Positions 25,771-39,012 of a stretch of DNA of 64,000 nucleotides are shown here, piece by piece. The DNA lies in NCBI GenBank assembly GCA_964016885.1, contig OZ024743.1:305040001-305104000 (forward strand), read 5' to 3'. The position numbers and the translations under genes are program-made. The notes under the pieces are model-generated. The model was not told the origin of the DNA. It was given only the letters and a program-made list of their open reading frames with translations, and made no database searches. The first letter of the stretch is position 1. Every line of letters starts with the position of its first letter. This DNA comes from Eledone cirrhosa (Eukaryota).

Positions 25771-28609
25771 ACCATCTGACTTAAGAGAAACGTGTATGCT
25801 TTCATTGAAAGTTGTTATAATGGTAATCCTTTTATTGGAAATCCCAACCTTCTTTAGCACTGACCACAAAGCATCATGATTAATGGTCAAAAGCCTTTGT
25901 TATGTCAACAAAGTCCGTGAACATGTCACTGTTCTTCTCCAGTACTTTTTTTGCAGCCTTTCTGTAGTTCCTCACCCAGCCTTGAAGCCAGACTGGGATT
26001 CAGGAGAAACATGATCTACCAGGTGAGTTATTATTGTTGAGAACAACTCAAGCAATGATCTTGACCACTACAGAAAGCAGTGATATACCCTGATGGTTTT
26101 CACACAGTTCTATTTTCTTTTTCATCTAAAATGATAGGTGATAAATTAAATTCCCAATGAACTTGACCATTCTTCCAAATCAAAATGAACAAATTGAAAA
26201 GTTTATGCACAATTACATTACTTCCATATTTGTACAGCTCAGCTGGTATTGCATCATCATCAGCCGATTTGCATGATACCATTCATTTTATAGCTTAAAA
26301 GAATTGAGTCAATGTCATCATGATCCACAATAGATGGGAAATTTAAAGCTGCTTCAAAGTGTTCTTTTCAGTGGGTAAGAGAGAAAGCAAAGTCCATAGC
26401 AATTCATATTTTTAAAGAACATTTTCCCAGGACTCATGAGCTGACCCAATTCTGGCATTGAAGTCACCGAGTATCAGAAATTTATCATGATAACCTAGAG
26501 TTCTGACAATGAAAGATAATTTTTCGTAAATGTTTGTAATTTTTGTATTTGGTATCTTAGTTCTAATAGCAAAATAACCATCACCTGAAGATCATATTGC
26601 ATTGTCATTTTTCCCTGACCAGAAGAATGTATAACCCTCTCCTTCCTCCTCAAACTGTCCATAATCAGGAAGTTGAGTTTTGCTTAATACTGCTATATCT
26701 TTGTTGTACTTATTTAATATCTTTGACACAAGAACTGCCATTGCTTAGGTGCCATTCTGGAGAACCAGGCCGCCTGACACACACGAGTAAGCCAGAGAAC
26801 ACATTCTCAATTTAAGGCTTTTAACATCTTGGGCCAGATTTCCTCTTCCCCAGTGGCCTTGCCACATTTGAGCTCTTTAAATTCTCTTGTGACCTCAGCC
26901 TCTGAGAGATTAGTCACCTTCTGTATATCATTGACGTTGGCTTCCAGCTTAACCCCAAAGTCCTCCTATGTGTTAACTTTGTATGCCTTTAGTGTCTATG
27001 CTGTGCTTTTTTGTGCATGCTTGTACCATAAGTGCAGGAAAGAGGACTTATTTCCAAACCAAGCTTTGTAAGCCTCCTTCTTTGCTGGGATGGTATTTTT
27101 TTACCTTTTGTTTGAACCAAGGGTCCTCTTGCCATCTGTTGCCACACCAGTATTTAACAGATGAAGCAGAAACTGCTGCACTGAACAATCTCCACTCTGT
27201 CTCAGCATCCTCAGTTTTCTCAGGGAGTTCTGTAAATTTGGATGCAATAGTATCTGTTTACTTGGTCCTGACTTCCTTTTCCTTTCTAATGATTCTGTGC
27301 TATCCTGAAGGCTTCGGACATTCCAAGTACCAAAATTTGATGGGATTATTATGTCTTTGTCTTTATTTGTTTTGACTGCATAATGTATAAGCAGTCAATC
27401 ACAGTATAATGACAAATTTTTATAGACATGCGATTTTGGGGGGGGCTCCTTTTTTCACCTCCTTCCAATTAAGGGAAAGCAGTGTCTAAACAGACCTGCT
27501 TTGTCATCCACAAAAGACACAAGCAGCTCAAGTGCCCATAGGATTTGTGTTAAACAGCCTTCACCTGCTTTGTTACCAACTGTGCACAACACGAACTAAG
27601 GACTACCAGTGGTATCGTCTACCTGTCTCCACCACTGTTGCCCCATCACCCCTGGACTTTTATACACACACACACACACAGACAAATATATATATATAAG
27701 AAGGTGCTTTTCAGGATGATCTTGATAAAAAGTGGAGTAAGTAAATCACCTGGACAACCCACACAGTGACTTGATTATAGTGGTAATGCCATGTGTGGAA
27801 CCATTCACACTTTTTAGTTTACTAATAGTTTCAGCTGGTGAAATGAACAGCAGACCTCAGGCTCTCTTTTCACAGTTTACCATCTCATGAGGGGAGCTAT
27901 TGCGTGCCAGACACCGAACTGGTATTTTAATTACACACACACACACACACACACACACAACCATGCATCCATCTATTACATATATGTTTTTCACTTTTAC
28001 ATACACACACACACTCAAACCCACACACACAAGCACAAACATACAATATATGCATATTAAAAAAAGAGCTTAAAAGATATAAAAGTTGATATCTAAAAAG
28101 ATGAAAAAAGCTAATTAAAAAATAAATAAAAGTCATAGATTAAAATATATGAAGTTATATAAAAATATATATATATTTGGTAGTTGCATGATTCCAGCAT
28201 CATGTAACTATGAAATATGTATGATGGCTGATTATGAATAAAGAATTATGAATATCTACATCTGACCTTCGCAATTATCATTATTGTATACATATTACAA
28301 CATCGACTTACAAATTATATATGGAAGACTAGACACAAAGTTAAGTGCTTAAATCAAATTTCCTCCTCATTCATTAATTGGTGTTATGCATACACAACCC
28401 TTATTTGTAAACATTTTTAACACAAGTGCACATATATATATGTGTGTGTGTATATATATATATACAGATAAATCTACCACTCAATGGTAGGGTCTAAACT
28501 GTATAAAGAACTCAATGTAATCCATATATAGAAGATGCCGTGAAGCAAAGTTTAAAATACAAAAATGTTTATCAACGATATAATTCAATTGGATACAGAA
28601 TCAAAATAG

Positions 28610-29787
28610 AAATATTAAAACAATGAAATTAAACACAAAACTTAATTCATAGTAAAACACATTATTTTACGATCGTTTCTGGTGGGTAGTTCCCTGTATG
28701 TTCATTCAATTATTGATCTATGTAAAACATATTACAAAATATCATAGTAAGAAAAAGATACATACGTCTTCACTAGAAACTGTGGGTGTGTGCATAAAAT
28801 CTCGATTTACAGTTTCCGAAACACAAAATTAGCAAATACCACTTCTTTAGCAGAAGCAGTTAATAATTGTAAAAAGAAGAATATTAAATATAACCTAACT
28901 TGGAAGATTCTTAACAGAACTATTTCTTATCAGGGCAATAGAAGGGAGTGCGGACTATGTTCCCAAGAAATTTTTGAAATTACTAAATCGAAGGACACTC
29001 TATTAAATAAAAGACAAGAATTAATTTTAGTATGTAACCATAAAATTAGAAGGACATTCAAATATTATAAATACAACTAAACAAATATATAAAAAGATAT
29101 AGGTGAATAAATGTGTGAGTATAGGTGCGTGTGTGAATATGTATATCTGTGTGTGTATATGTATGTATATGCATAAATGTATGCCTATATATAAACATGT
29201 GTGACTATACATGTATATATATTTTTTTAATATTATATATTTTTAGAACAAATTATTCCTCACAACAAAGAAATAACTAACTTTTTAAGATTGTTCTATT
29301 CCATTCTACTTGATGTAACGCACTAATCTCAGTACCCCTTCTCCTCCAACTGTAATCTTCTTTGACGATCAACACTTTTATATACAATATGCCTAAATTC
29401 ATTTACACTAACAAGTTTCATTTCTTTTCTTAAAAGACATTTGATACCTTATCCACAGATGGCCAATTTATTCATCTACTGCCACCTACCTTAAGGATTT
29501 GTACTGTCCCTTTCCATTCTTAACATAGGTCAATTTCAAACTGGTTATAAAAACTTACTTATTCATATGTATGATTTTTTGTATTCTTCAATAAACAAAA
29601 CTTATTATTTCTGAAGACCGAGGGTAGTGAAGACGTATGTATCTTTTTCTTACTATGATATTTTGTAATATGTTTTACATAGATCAATAATTTAATGAAC
29701 ATACAGGGAACTACCCCCCAGAAACGATCGTAAAATAATGTGCTTTACTATGAATTAACAGTTTTGTGTTTAATTTCATTGTTTTAA

Positions 29788-29792
<5 letters not shown>
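28610..29792 (+). mobile_element. 5'-truncated Penelope-like element with inverted pseudo-LTR
   Basis: GIY-YIG C-terminal motif SFRN...TSLA...WKIL...CGLCSQE...LLNKRQEL..CNH (28808-29080). About 166-bp inverted repeat at 28610-28775 and 29625-29792. Confidence 0.82.
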
Positions 29793-29830
<38 letters not shown>

Positions 29831-30106
29831 GAATAATCGAGAATCGGAAAAACAGCTCACGAATTAACGATAAACAATATCCGATATGTGTGGCAGAGGG
29901 CTCAATAATTTAGATAAATCAGAGCTATAACCATCGTTAAATTACCAACACATAGAGATTATGCCTAAAATCACCCGTACAGCCGAAAAAGAACGACCAG
30001 GAAGATTCGGGTCACTCAAATAAAATATCAATAAATCAATAAATTAAGTGAATATACAACACAATAAAAACAGCATATTTTAAATAGAAATTATATATTC
30101 TCTTAC

Positions 30107-30345
30107 CCGTTTCATCCCGACCCCAACCAGTTACAAAACAATCTTTGTCTTTTGGTACAGAGTGTTCTGGAAGACATGCTGGTTGTACAGAATTTGACAT
30201 CATAATTTCTTTTTGCACAAACATAATTGCAATATCGTTATAACCTTGTGTATTATACATCTGCCAGCTATCCACTTCATATTGTATTCCGTCATATTTC
30301 TGAGTGGATCCAACTTTTACAGAAATTACATTTGGCTTGTAATCT
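30107..30345 (-). CDS. Protease-domain exon containing the catalytic Asp
   Basis: Phase 2 to 1: DYKPNVISVKVGSTQKYDGIQYEVDSWQMYNTQGYNDIAIMFVQKEIMMSNSVQPACLPEHSVPKDKDCFVTGWGRDET. Confidence 0.95.
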
Positions 30346-30614
30346 CTAATAAGAGAAAAAATATATATATATTATCATCTTAATAATCCTCATCATTATA
30401 AACAATATATATATAATATATAATAGCCATTATAATCATCATCATTCCTAGTACATCATCATCATTCCTTATACCTCATTCACTGGTACTCTGCTAAGTA
30501 GTAGTACTGTTACTATGATAAAATGCACCCAACATACTCTGTAATGTGGTTGGCATTAGGAAAGGCCTTCAGTTATAGAAACCATGTCAAATATGGAACG
30601 TATTGCCCCAACAG

Positions 30615-31275
30615 GGACAGGTTGGCCTCATTTCTTCAGACACCTTGAGACCTTTCTAGGAACATCCCACTCTTTAGTATTAATGGTTGACTGGAGTGGT
30701 ATCTTGGATGCATGCTGGTACTGTGTTGGTGTAACAGATAGGGGAGGAGAGTGCAAAAGGCTTGCTACATTAATCAGACGATTCCAACTGTCTGACAAGC
30801 ACCGACTAGATTTCCTGAATGTGCCAATGGGAACACAGACAAACTGCATCGGGTCATCCTGATCGTACTTAGATAGGGTATCCTGTAGAGAAATAGATGA
30901 GACTAGTATAAGTTGTCCACGATTCAAAGTAGTCGACTACATAGACCATAAATTTGTGATCTGTGTGGGCAATCTAGATAGGCTTCATAAACAGGGACCT
31001 TGTTACTAGAAGCTAAATGTGTCATTCCCAGTGTGCAAAGACTACAAAGATTGGATTAGTAAATTGGTTAAGCAAACCTTGATGGGAACAGTTATCAATA
31101 ACAAGTTGTGGTTCACCCTAAAGAGAGCTATTACAGCATAAACAATAAGGTTTAGTAAGGCTGTAAAAAGAGAGAAAACTAGAGTAGAAGATCTAGTTAG
31201 AAAGCTAGAAGAGGCACTTACTAAAAGCATCACAGCCGATGAGCTTGCGGTGAGATTGGCCCTGGACCAATTCTT
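30615..31275 (+). mobile_element. Tx1/L1-like LINE endonuclease fragment
   Basis: SYLDRV, DHKFVIC and GPCY*KLNVS resemble the L1/Tx1 APE C-terminus (GPGYWKLN). Confidence 0.6.
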
Positions 31276-32408
31276 CGTAAAATTCTGTGTAAAACTGATG
31301 GCAATGCGATTTAAACCATGTCAAAGCAGCTTTTTTTACATCTTCAACTGATGGAAAATGGGTACCTTTCAATGACTTTTTTCAGGCTTGGAAATGAAAG
31401 AAAGTCAGATAGAGCTTGACCAGAAAGGTAAGGAGGATCTCAGATGATTTCCCACTGAAATTTGCATAACAGAGTTCATGTCCGGCTCCATGTGTGGGTA
31501 CATTGTCGTTGTGGAATGAGGACATACCGATGCAGCTTCCCCAGGTGTTTTTTCTCAGTTTTCTTGGCCATTCATCTCAAAACACCTTTATAATATGCAG
31601 CAGTAATTTTTCTCTTGTTCTCGAGGAAGAAAACCAGCAAAATCCCCATTGCATTCCAGATGACAGTGGCCATGACCTTCCCTCTTGAACGCTCCCATTC
31701 TGTCTTGACTGCTTTGATTGAGTGTTATACTCAGGATCATACTGGTAGAGACACGTTTCATCCCGGTTACAATTCTCTGCAGAAAAGCTTTGAGATCTTC
31801 ATCCTACTTGTTCAGAATTTCTATCAAAATATCTGCCCTTGTTTGCTACTGATATGGGCGCAACAGCTTTGGGACCCATTGAGCAAAAAGCTTTCTCAGC
31901 CCCAAATGTGCTACTAGAATTGTGTGTACAGAACCCATGGAGATGTTGAGTGTGTCGACTAAGGATTCAGTGGTTATTCGTCTATCCTTTGCAATTAGGT
32001 TGCGAAAAGCATCAATGTTTTCCACACAGACTGACATGGATGGCCTGCCTCAGTGGGGATTATTTCAACCTCAACTCTTCCCCTTCTAAAACAACTTAAA
32101 TATTTGTTGGTTGTTGATTTATTTGGGGCATTGTCCCAGTAAACTTCCTCTAGAGCGTCAATGATTTGGTTGCTCTTCCACCTTAACTTCACCATGAATA
32201 TGATGTTTGTCCTGGCCTCAATTTTGATGGAGGCTGTGTTGCTCGAGCGGGTGCTGATTTCCGACAGGTGGTGCTGTATTGCAACATGCATTTAGATATT
32301 CATGTTAGAACATGTTATTACATGTTAGTACAAGAACGTACATGTGCAGTGAGATCAAAATCCTTGTAGATATGTACTTTTTCCACAAACATTTGAAGCC
32401 TCCTCGTA
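31275..32408 (-). mobile_element. Decayed mariner transposon
   Basis: EARTNIIFMVKL..IIDALEEVY.DNAP, DRRITTESL and LGLRKLFAQWVPKLL. Terminus TA-CGAGGAGGCTTCAAATG at 32408. Confidence 0.85.
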
Positions 32409-32409
32409 T

Positions 32410-32835
32410 GTAATGGAAGGTCTTATGTGCTTCAGCAAAACACTGCACCATCATACAAGGCTCAAGTAATGCAGTAATGGATGGCCGAAAAATTGCATGA
32501 TCATATAACACCTAACATTTGCCCTCCTAGCTCTCCAAATATCAATCCATTTGACTACTACATATGACATGTTGTTGACTGAGAGGTTAATGAACACCCT
32601 CAAAATGCCAAAGATTCATGAAAGCTGCCATAATGAGAGTAATGTCCAATATTAACCAGGAACCTTTAATTTGAGCATATAGACAATTTTGATCTTGCAT
32701 AGAAGCAGTTATGGAAGTAGTTAATGAAGATGATTTATTTTTATGCTGATAGCATTTTTCAATAATTAAGTTATTATTTACTATTATATATCTTTTTTTC
32801 TATAAACATAAATCTGCCCTCAAATACCTTATGCA
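32410..32835 (+). mobile_element. Tc1-like transposase C-terminal fragment
   Basis: PS*LSKYQS/SPNINPFDYYI...EVNEHPQNAKDS resembles the WPPSSPDLNPLDY motif. Confidence 0.55.
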
Positions 32836-32842
32836 TCATGTG

Positions 32843-32873
<31 letters not shown>

Positions 32874-32886
32874 TTATATATATATA

Positions 32887-32953
<67 letters not shown>

Positions 32954-33339
32954 GCAAACAGAAATAACAGAGCAAAAGACACAGTGCATATATATATATA
33001 TGTATGTATATACTGAAATATATAAAGCTGCGATCATATTCACCAGCACCTCCCTTTTTACATAGACCCTTGTGACTGATTATGCATGTGTGTATGTGTG
33101 TATGTGTAGACAGAATTTCATATACATGTTTGTATGCTTCCCTATGTTGGTCTGTTCATGCAAAAATTCTCACTCATACCTCCACACCCATAGCAGCTAG
33201 CTCAGTTTCGATCTTTCACTCCTTTGCACAGACAATTGAATAAACCTACACAAACACACACACACACACATACACACACATGCACACGCACACACATACA
33301 TATGTATGTACATGCACACATGAACATCTCTAATAACTA

Positions 33340-34370
33340 ACACACCCACCGACCAGCATTTCAATTTCACTCCAAGATAGGTCCATATGACATTATATAG
33401 GTGGTGTGTATCATCAAAGTTAATAGTGAGCTGGTGACGGACATCCTTGTTATTCAGGTGGAATGACATTTCAGTTTTCCATTTCATGTTCATCTTCAAT
33501 CTCCATGTCTTGAAATCTGTTGCCAGTTAGGTCATGTCTGCTGTTTGTACACTCTCTACATTAGTCCAGACTCTATGAGAATGGAGAAGGGTGAGCCATA
33601 CTCTCATGATGTTGTTTGGGGTATGTCACTGTATTACATGTTGAAGAACATGGGGGACAGCACTGAGCCTTGATGGACTCCATTATGAAGGTGGTTCAAA
33701 TCCCGCTGAGGTTAACTTTGCCCTTCATCCTTACGGGGTCGATAAAATAAAGTACCAGAAATGTACTGAGTAATTGCTGGCCTTGTGCCTAAAGTAGAAA
33801 CAATTATGAAGGTGGATCAGTCTGTTGGTTTCTCCATCATTGGTCTTCAGGACAAATCTTTGGCTGGCTAGTGTGTTGCAGATAAACCACACCATGTAGC
33901 TGTCAGGAATTGTTCTTAGTAACTTCAGGTCAGACCCTGGTACCACACAGTACCATAGAATTTGGTGAGGTCACCCAAGATAGTGACAGCCTTGTGCCTC
34001 TTTATGAAGCCGTCTTTAATAACATTGGTCAACTTGACGATTTAATGTACTGTTTTATGGCCATGGCAAAAAACCTACTTGCTCCTCCAGCTGTTGTGGA
34101 TTGACTATTGGTTCCAGTCTGGCTAGAATGAAATAGTCCAGGAAATTGAAGGGGACACATAGGAGGGAGATTAATCTGTAGCTCTTTAAATCAACAGGTT
34201 TGTTTGGTTTTGGGAAGGTCTATGTCAGTAGTCTTCTGCTAGATCTTCGGTATGGTGCAGTTAATAAGGTTGCAAGAGTAGAACTCTGAGCCATACTTAG
34301 CACCTTAGACTGCAGTAATTCCAGAATTCTAGTAGGTGTTGTTGGATCTCTAGGCATTACCACTCTTGAG
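33340..34370 (-). mobile_element. Decayed non-LTR RT fragment containing a truncated SINE A (33695-33802, plus strand, 13-bp TSD ATTATGAAGGTGG)
   Basis: YRLISLL, DLTKFYGTVWYQGL, NGVHQGSVL, FHLNNKD and TYLGV motifs. TSD at 33682-33694 and 33803-33815. Confidence 0.7.
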
Positions 34371-34384
34371 TTAAATAATCATAA

Positions 34385-35234
34385 TCTATAAAGCTCAGTG
34401 TATGGTCATACTCCTTTGTTATAGAAATCTACGATATAGAATTTCTTCAATTCAAATTTACAATTCAGTATTCGAAATAGCTTCGATTGGGTGTTGGCAC
34501 ATATAATTTTTTCAATTTCACCCACAATTACGCAAAAAATCGATAAAACTCAATATTTTACGATTTACCTCTCTCATTTCAAGTGCTCCCCTCTTACCAT
34601 TCAAAATCTCTACAACTTCATACTTTCTGCTACTTTCTCTTTCCAAGCTTGATGGTGATACTGTCCGTTTTACTCTCTCATATCATCTGCTTACCTCTAT
34701 CTACAACCCACACATTTTGCTACTTTCTATTTTATACTTCAAACTTACTGATTTATTTCCAAACGCATACAAACACACACTCACTTCAAATGATAAAAAA
34801 AACATTTAAAGCAATTAAACAACGTGCGTGATTTATAACCACACTAACTTTTACATAATTCCCCTCTTGCCTACATAGGGCATCGATTCTCTTTTAACAC
34901 ACCATGAAGTTTTGTAACAGCACATCCGCTGCCGTTCATAGAAAACGAAGAGGCACTATTCACCTGCGAACGTTTTACACCCTCTTCCACGACTATCAAA
35001 TTCTTACAATTATGAGAACAATAACATGGCCCTTTTCAAGGCAACCTCACATTCAATTCTTACACCATTCTACGAGGGGTAGGAACCCCTTTACAGGGCT
35101 TTCTATACACTTACAAATAGATTCATTCGGCGTAAACTTATATCAATCTTTGCCTGAATAATCATAATTCAGTGCAATCATTAACAGTACTTTCAAGCAA
35201 TTCAGCCCCGAGTAACGCCGGGCACTTCTGCTAG
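34385..35234 (+). mobile_element. Non-autonomous Helitron
   Basis: A|TCTATAAAGC 5' end; subterminal hairpin GCCCCGAGTAACGCCGGGC followed by CTAG|T; no TSD. Confidence 0.75.
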
Positions 35235-35338
35235 TTGTTGATAAAAGTCAAAACAGCTTGACCAGAAAGTAAGATTACCTATATTGAATACATACACATA
35301 GAAGATAAAGATGTTATCTATGAACTGAAAGTACTTAC

Positions 35339-35507
35339 TTCACACAATAACCAGCTGTAAGCACATGATGGTTGTCGATCAACACACCACCACATATAAA
35401 ATTGTTATGCCTCAAAATTTGCACATTCCAAGGCCATTCCTTTTTCAAGGCATTTTGTCCACCTTGGATGTTAGGTTGAATTGAACTCAACTTTTGCTTG
35501 CCACATT
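35339..35507 (-). CDS. Exon with activation region and His-motif (His to Tyr)
   Basis: Phase 1 to 2: (E)CGKQKLSSIQPNIQGGQNALKKEWPWNVQILRHNNFICGGVLIDNHHVLTAGYCV(K). Confidence 0.95.
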
Positions 35508-36694
35508 CTGAAGATATGAAAAAATCTTTAGAAATATCTTTTCATTGATTAGAAAAGAGTTAAAAAATAACATAAGGTGAAACCAAACTAAAGGCAATTA
35601 TTTCCACACAGGAGAGTAATGTTGTTAGTGAAATAAAGGTATAATGCTTTTTTTTTAAAACAAATTTTAAGTTGGGTAATTTAAAACAATTGGGAACTTA
35701 TATGAATTCCTAAAGAAATTATTTTAAAAGCTGGGTTAAACCTCATCTCTTACATTAGATTCTTAAAACTGAAGCTGAATTGGTATTAATTTATAGTCAA
35801 ATTTATCAAGGCAAAACAGAGTAAGGTCTCTAATAACAAAACAATCTAAATCTAATTATGAACTTTCAATATTGATCTTTTGATCTTACATTGTATCCAT
35901 TTGATAACTCATAAAACCAATGATAAAAGAATTTGATAATACTTTAAATAAATCATTATCATTAAGTTATAAATAAAGCAAAATAGAATCATGTTGATTT
36001 CGTTGTTCGAAGAAAGCTCAATGGAAATTAAATGAGAAAAATATCATATTACAGAGCATACACATATGATAATATTATGGAAACAACAATTATATATTGT
36101 AATACATACAATGAGGCAAAAATAATCAGAACATATCTGCACTTTCCAAGCACTCCATTCATGAGTCATTGGTCTATCCAACGGTATAGAAGGAAGCACT
36201 GGGATAGGAACCTGAAACATGTGGTTATGTCACAAACTCTTTACTATACCACAGATCCATACCTCTTAAATAATGTACAGTATTGTTGAATTGTCTCTTA
36301 TCACAGATCCACGAGCAAGCTATGTTTCTTTCCTCTGATTCTTCATTACAACTACACTGGTCATCATTCCAATCTACCTGTATGAGTCTCACTTTGCCAA
36401 AAACTTACTTAATTTCTACAAAATATTATATTTCAATTCTTTCACAGAACTACGTCAGTCTTTTCTTTCTCAACTACAGAATTATAAAAAAGATATCAAC
36501 TATTTAGATATGAAATATGTGTTCATGCATTTTTTCATTTATATTCTTCATTTGTACTGTTCAATGAATAGTCATTAATAGGATAATTTCTTTAAAGAAA
36601 TGTTTAAATGTTATGCAATCTCATTTTTAATACTCTATAAATGTGATGCCTTAAACTAATGTAAGAAATCAGTATTAGTTATATTTTTTCTTAC

Positions 36695-36732
36695 CTTGCT
36701 TACTACAAGTCAGCATCATGACATCACATTTC
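36695..36732 (-). CDS. 38-nt exon, end of SRCR-like domain
   Basis: TAG/GTAAG bounded, phase 2 to 1: KCDVMMLTCSKQ. It joins both neighbours in frame. Confidence 0.85.
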
Positions 36733-38177
36733 CTATTGAAAGAGAGCAGAAGTTTTGTTATTGCATTTATAATTGTTACAATAACATCATTAAACTTATG
36801 AAATTACATGATTAAAAAGTAGCAGCTAGTAAATATGATGAGGTGTTGAAATACTAAGAGAAGGATTAATCGTTCATATTCAATCAACTTGACTAAGCAG
36901 TGTCTATTATTAACATCCTTAACGCACAATAGGAATTACATATGGCTGGCTGACTGACTCATCAAGTTACCAGGGAAGTAAATGAGGAATTTGCAACTTT
37001 TCTTGCACTGGTGATGTCCATAGTGAAGACATTCTCCAATAAATGCTATGATCCACCCAACTGTAAGTACCACTTAGTAGAATTGCTCACTACTGTAAGC
37101 AGTGATAGTGCTGTAAAATTGATGCATGTTGAATTAACTTAAACATTTTCTTTTGGGTTCTGGCAATGAGAACTTTGACTTGAGCCTTGAGAACTTTCTA
37201 TCACAATCATGTCAATATAACCAATTATGAATGAAGTCATTAATGGCTCAGTTCTCTTAACTTGAAATAGGTATTATGTCTGGATAGAATTAAGATGGCC
37301 AAGTAAATATGATATTGGACTATCTGCTCATAGATTGTAAGTTCAAATCTACTGCATGTTATTTGTGTCAATTTCTTAACATGAATATATGGATATACAA
37401 ACACAAAAACCACATTAGGTATGTGTGTTACTCAAATGACTATTCAAGTGACCAATAACCCTACTTATCCAGATTTTTTTTCTTTTATTTTTTCATTTTC
37501 TAATTTTAATAGTATAAAATTACATACACGTGTACTCCAGCTCCGAACACAGAGGAACCAAACTCCCACTGTCATCACCTCCGTCTCACCCACCCTCCCC
37601 ATCTCTCACTATTATCAGTAAATGGGGTCTCATGTACTGGCTGCACCTAGGCCCTAGCAGACAGAATAGAGAAGGTGTTTCCCTGGAGGATGGTGGCTAG
37701 ATGTGCTGGAAGAGTCATTCCAGCTCAAACGGCAGCTAGCCAGCTCTGCGCCTATGGTGATAAGTAGGGAGGTGGCCTAGGGCCAAGGACACCAGAAGTC
37801 TCCACTAGGTGTCCAGAATGGACTAAGTCTGGAATAGATAATTCGGAATGTTACCTGTGAAAGACCAACATTCTAGCCAGGGGAAAATTTACTTCTCATC
37901 TGCTTCACATCCCAAAGGCAGGAGCTAATATTAGCCTTTAGTGTCGGAGAAATTATATTACACACATTATGTTATATAAAACAGATTATCTATCTCTGCA
38001 AGCAGCAGAAGTAAGCAGCACTTAATAGCTTAATACTTCATTAATAAGTGGAAATTAGTTCAAATCATTCTATAGACCTGAGCCATGGAAAAAACATTCA
38101 TGTTTCTACATGAACCAAATATATCACAGCCTCCGCAAAATTAGAAATCAATATCAATGATTTGCATTATTTTGTGA

Positions 38178-38391
38178 GCTGGTGGATTGCCAGAATCAGT
38201 AAAGCGTCGAACAACATGCTTAGAGGCATAGAGTTACGGCCTTTGCATTGTGAATTCAAATTCTGCTGAGGTTAGCTTTGCCTTTCGTCTTTACAGTGTC
38301 GATAAAATAAAGTACCAGTAATGCACTGGGATCGATTTAATCGACTTTCCCCTCCTCCAACATTTTTGGCCTTGTGCCTATATCCAAAACC
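38178..38391 (+). mobile_element. SINE family A copy (longer variant)
   Basis: Core GTCGATAAAATAAAGTACCAGT; ATTATTTT flanks. Confidence 0.8.
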
Positions 38392-38808
38392 ATTATTTTA
38401 TGTGGCAGGAAAATCAATGGATGGGACAGAATTGTAGAACATGGCAAAAATAGTTTGTGGTATTTAATTACATTTGTTTCCAATCTGCTTTCAAATTGTG
38501 CTAGATCTGATTTTGAAATTCATCCTTCTATTAAATGAATATTAGGAAAGTTCTGCACACAATATAATCGATTATATTCCTTCTTTAAAATATAAAGCCA
38601 TGTCCATATATTAGATATTTCTATTTTGTGTGACAAACAATATAGGGTCCAATAATGTACTTTCAGTGAGTCAACAAGTCAAATCAGATTCTATTTCTAG
38701 ATGTTGATATACTATCTAGTTATCAGAATGGAAAACTAAGTCATATAACATGCAATATAACACAACATAGATGTTTGATAATATGAGAAAATATATAATG
38801 ATATTTAC

Positions 38809-38916
38809 TTCAAGGAATTTATTTTAAAACCTGAAATCAATTGGTCCTCTTTATTTGAAGCAAAGGGGTCAAATTGTACACCATCGCCCGGAACTGAGTC
38901 AGAAGAATTTCCATTA
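38809..38916 (-). CDS. SRCR-like middle exon
   Basis: Polypyrimidine-TAG acceptor and GTAAAT donor, phase 2 to 2: NGNSSDSVPGDGVQFDPFASNKEDQLISGFKINSL. Confidence 0.8.
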
Positions 38917-39012
38917 CTAAGAAGAAAAAGAAAATGAATATGAAAATATATACATATCATCTTCAGTTACTGTCCATTATATATACATACATTACATACA
39001 TACACACATACA

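Larger units (their letters stand above)
18400..27660 (-). mobile_element. Old RTE-clade LINE broken by nested insertions (pieces at about 18400-18990, 23705-24055, 25770-27660)
   Basis: Collinear motifs: GADDAIPAELYK-like, INHDALWSVLKKVG, KQGCVMAP, FLFADAAAL, VESFLYLG and STLLYESELW...FHKRCL. Confidence 0.75.

Noticed and set aside
32831-33065. YIYIYI/CVCV ORFs here and at 18071, 27857 and 42779-43080
   Set aside because: Translations of TA/CA microsatellites.
35347-35349. Restoration of the catalytic His by RNA editing
   Set aside because: It would need U-to-C; A-to-I editing of TAT gives Cys (TGT), not His.
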